A stretch of DNA of 64,000 bases. Origin: Ideonella sp. GTDB lineage: Bacteria; Pseudomonadota; Gammaproteobacteria; Burkholderiales; Burkholderiaceae_C. Within the stretch, counting starts at the first letter, position 1, and each line of letters opens with the position of its first letter. The stretch lies in contig NZ_JAYRUN010000014.1 of the NCBI RefSeq assembly GCF_041918995.1, forward strand, positions 11,974-75,973, written 5' to 3'. The position numbers and the translations under genes are program-made. Shown piece by piece: positions 62,826-64,000 of this stretch. The notes beneath the pieces are model-generated. The model was not told the DNA's origin. It ran no database searches and was given only the letters and a program-made list of their open reading frames with translations.

Positions 62826-63634
62826 AGATCGCCGCCGTCCAGATGGTCTCCACGCCCGACGTGGCCCGCAACCTCGAGGCCGCCGGCCGGTGGGTGGCCC
62901 AGGCCGCCGCCCAGGGCGCGCGGCTGGTGGCGTTGCCGGAGTACTTCTGCCTCATGGGCCAGCGCGACGACGACAAGCTGGCCATCGCCGAGGCCGACGG
63001 CGACGGGCCGATCCAGCGCTTCCTGGCCGACTCGGCGCGCCGCCATGGCCTCTGGCTGGTGGGCGGCACCCTGCCCATCCGGGGCACCACGCCCGACCAT
63101 GTGCGCAACGCCTGCTGTGTCTACGGCCCCACCGGTGAGCGCGTGGCCCGCTACGACAAGATCCACCTGTTCGCCTTCGACAACGGCAGCGAGCACTACG
63201 ACGAGGGCCGCGTGCTGGAAGCCGGCGAGCAGCCGGTGGCCTTCGACGTGGAGGACGAGGCCGGCCGCCTGCGGGTGGGCCTGTCCATCTGCTACGACCT
63301 GCGCTTTCCCGAGCTGTACCGGGCCCTGATGCAGCCCGCCTGCGACCTGCTGGTGGTGCCTGCCGCCTTCACCTGGACCACCGGCCAGGCGCACTGGGAG
63401 CTGCTGCTGCGCGCCCGGGCGGTGGAGAACCAGTGCCACGTGCTGGCCAGCGCCCAGGGCGGCCAGCACGAGAACGGCCGCCGCACCTGGGGCCACAGCA
63501 TGGTCATCGACCCCTGGGGCGAGGTGCTGGCCGTGCAGGCCGAGGGCGAGGGCGTCGCCGCGGCGGACGCCCCGCTGGCGCGACGGGCCGCGGTGCGCCG
63601 CCAGCTGCCGGCCCTGGCACACCGCCGGCTCTGA
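62822..63634 (+). CDS. Carbon-nitrogen hydrolase (nitrilase superfamily)
   Basis: The Glu-Lys-Cys catalytic triad context is ALPEYF, YDKIHLF and LSICYDLRFPE. It has an ATGA overlap with the yhdP stop. Confidence 0.9.
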   Translation: MKIAAVQMVSTPDVARNLEAAGRWVAQAAAQGARLVALPEYFCLMGQRDDDKLAIAEADGDGPIQRFLADSARRHGLWLVGGTLPIRGTTPDHVRNACCVYGPTGERVARYDKIHLFAFDNGSEHYDEGRVLEAGEQPVAFDVEDEAGRLRVGLSICYDLRFPELYRALMQPACDLLVVPAAFTWTTGQAHWELLLRARAVENQCHVLASAQGGQHENGRRTWGHSMVIDPWGEVLAVQAEGEGVAAADAPLARRAAVRRQLPALAHRRL

Positions 63635-63652
63635 CGGCGGTGCGCTGCCGCG

Positions 63653-63706
63653 CCCAGGGTGCCCAGGGCGATCAGGGCGATCAGGGCGATCAGGGCGCGC
63701 AGGGCT
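63653..63706. repeat. 9-bp tandem repeat (core CAGGGCG, about 6 units, 3 perfect GATCAGGGC)
   Basis: The sequence reads cccagggtg cccagggcg atcagggcg atcagggcg atcagggcg cgcagggct. It lies between and into the convergent 3' ends of the flanking genes. Confidence 0.85.
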
Positions 63707-64000
63707 GCCAGCGCGTCGCCCCCGGGCGGGCGGACTGGGCCGCCAGGCGCTCCGCGGCGGCCGGCTCCAGGCGGTCCACCCGCAGGCGGTGCTCGACGCC
63801 GGCCGACGGCAGCTGCACCAGGCGCGCCGTGCGCACGCCCCGCGCCTGCAGGCGGTCCAGCCGGGCCTGCGCATCGGCCCGGGCGCCGAACTCGCCCAGC
63901 GCCAGGCCCGGCGCCAGCTCGGCCGGGCGGCGCAGCTCGGTGGCGGTCACGCCCAGCCCGGCGAGCTCCTCGCCCTTGCGGCGCATGGCCTCGCGGTCGG
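63690..64000 (-). CDS. 3' end of a gene encoding a SPOR-like C-terminal domain (truncated by window edge)
   Basis: The frame is open to nt 64000. The C-terminal ~70 aa show a SPOR-like pattern (GEFGARADAQARLDRLQARGV..RLRVDRL). The assignment is weak. Confidence 0.4.
   Translation of the reverse strand, partial: DREAMRRKGEELAGLGVTATELRRPAELAPGLALGEFGARADAQARLDRLQARGVRTARLVQLPSAGVEHRLRVDRLEPAAAERLAAQSARPGATRWQPCAP

Overview
This is a very GC-rich chromosomal segment with betaproteobacterial, Burkholderiales/Comamonadaceae-like gene content and synteny. It is almost entirely densely packed core genes. I support about 57 CDS. They include the envelope genes lptA, lptB, lptD, lptE, surA, bamE, dsbA and a yhdP-like gene. 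They also include the translation genes argS, leuS, rsmA, rsmE and hpf, and the regulatory genes rpoN, ptsN, hprK, fur and glnE. I recognised no rRNA, tRNA, CRISPR array, transposase, integrase or prophage gene, and no convincing new defence-type or toxin system. The observations worth a second look are listed here.

1. A MerR-type regulator carries both AdoCbl-photoreceptor signatures of the CarH/LitR family (W-x9-EH and E-x-H-x-x-G). It is divergent from a translationally coupled 8-gene lipid-modification operon encoding an FAD oxidoreductase, DUF1365, a CFA-synthase-like protein, a chalcone-isomerase-like protein, an MFS transporter, DUF3833, an SDR and an NTF2-like protein. Palindromic operator candidates sit on the divergent promoters.
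2. A dispersed GC-rich palindromic repeat family occurs at three loci. One locus is an in-frame 60-bp triplication sitting exactly on an ATGA stop/start junction.
3. The usual lptA-lptB-rpoN-hpf-ptsN-hprK block is split into two pieces about 31 kb apart. lptC is missing from the locus, and a sigma-54-like -24/-12 element lies upstream of the detached hpf.
4. A Hanks-type Ser/Thr kinase is fused to a cyclic-nucleotide-binding domain with an atypical phosphate-binding cassette.
5. A secreted RNase Sa/barnase-like gene is paired with a barstar gene and followed by an ambiguous small ORF.
6. Several genes have a -10-like hexamer only 6-10 nt from the start codon, making them leaderless-mRNA candidates. 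A TAGAATC motif also recurs upstream of genes.

Most long alternative-frame ORFs in the supplied track are high-GC artefacts.
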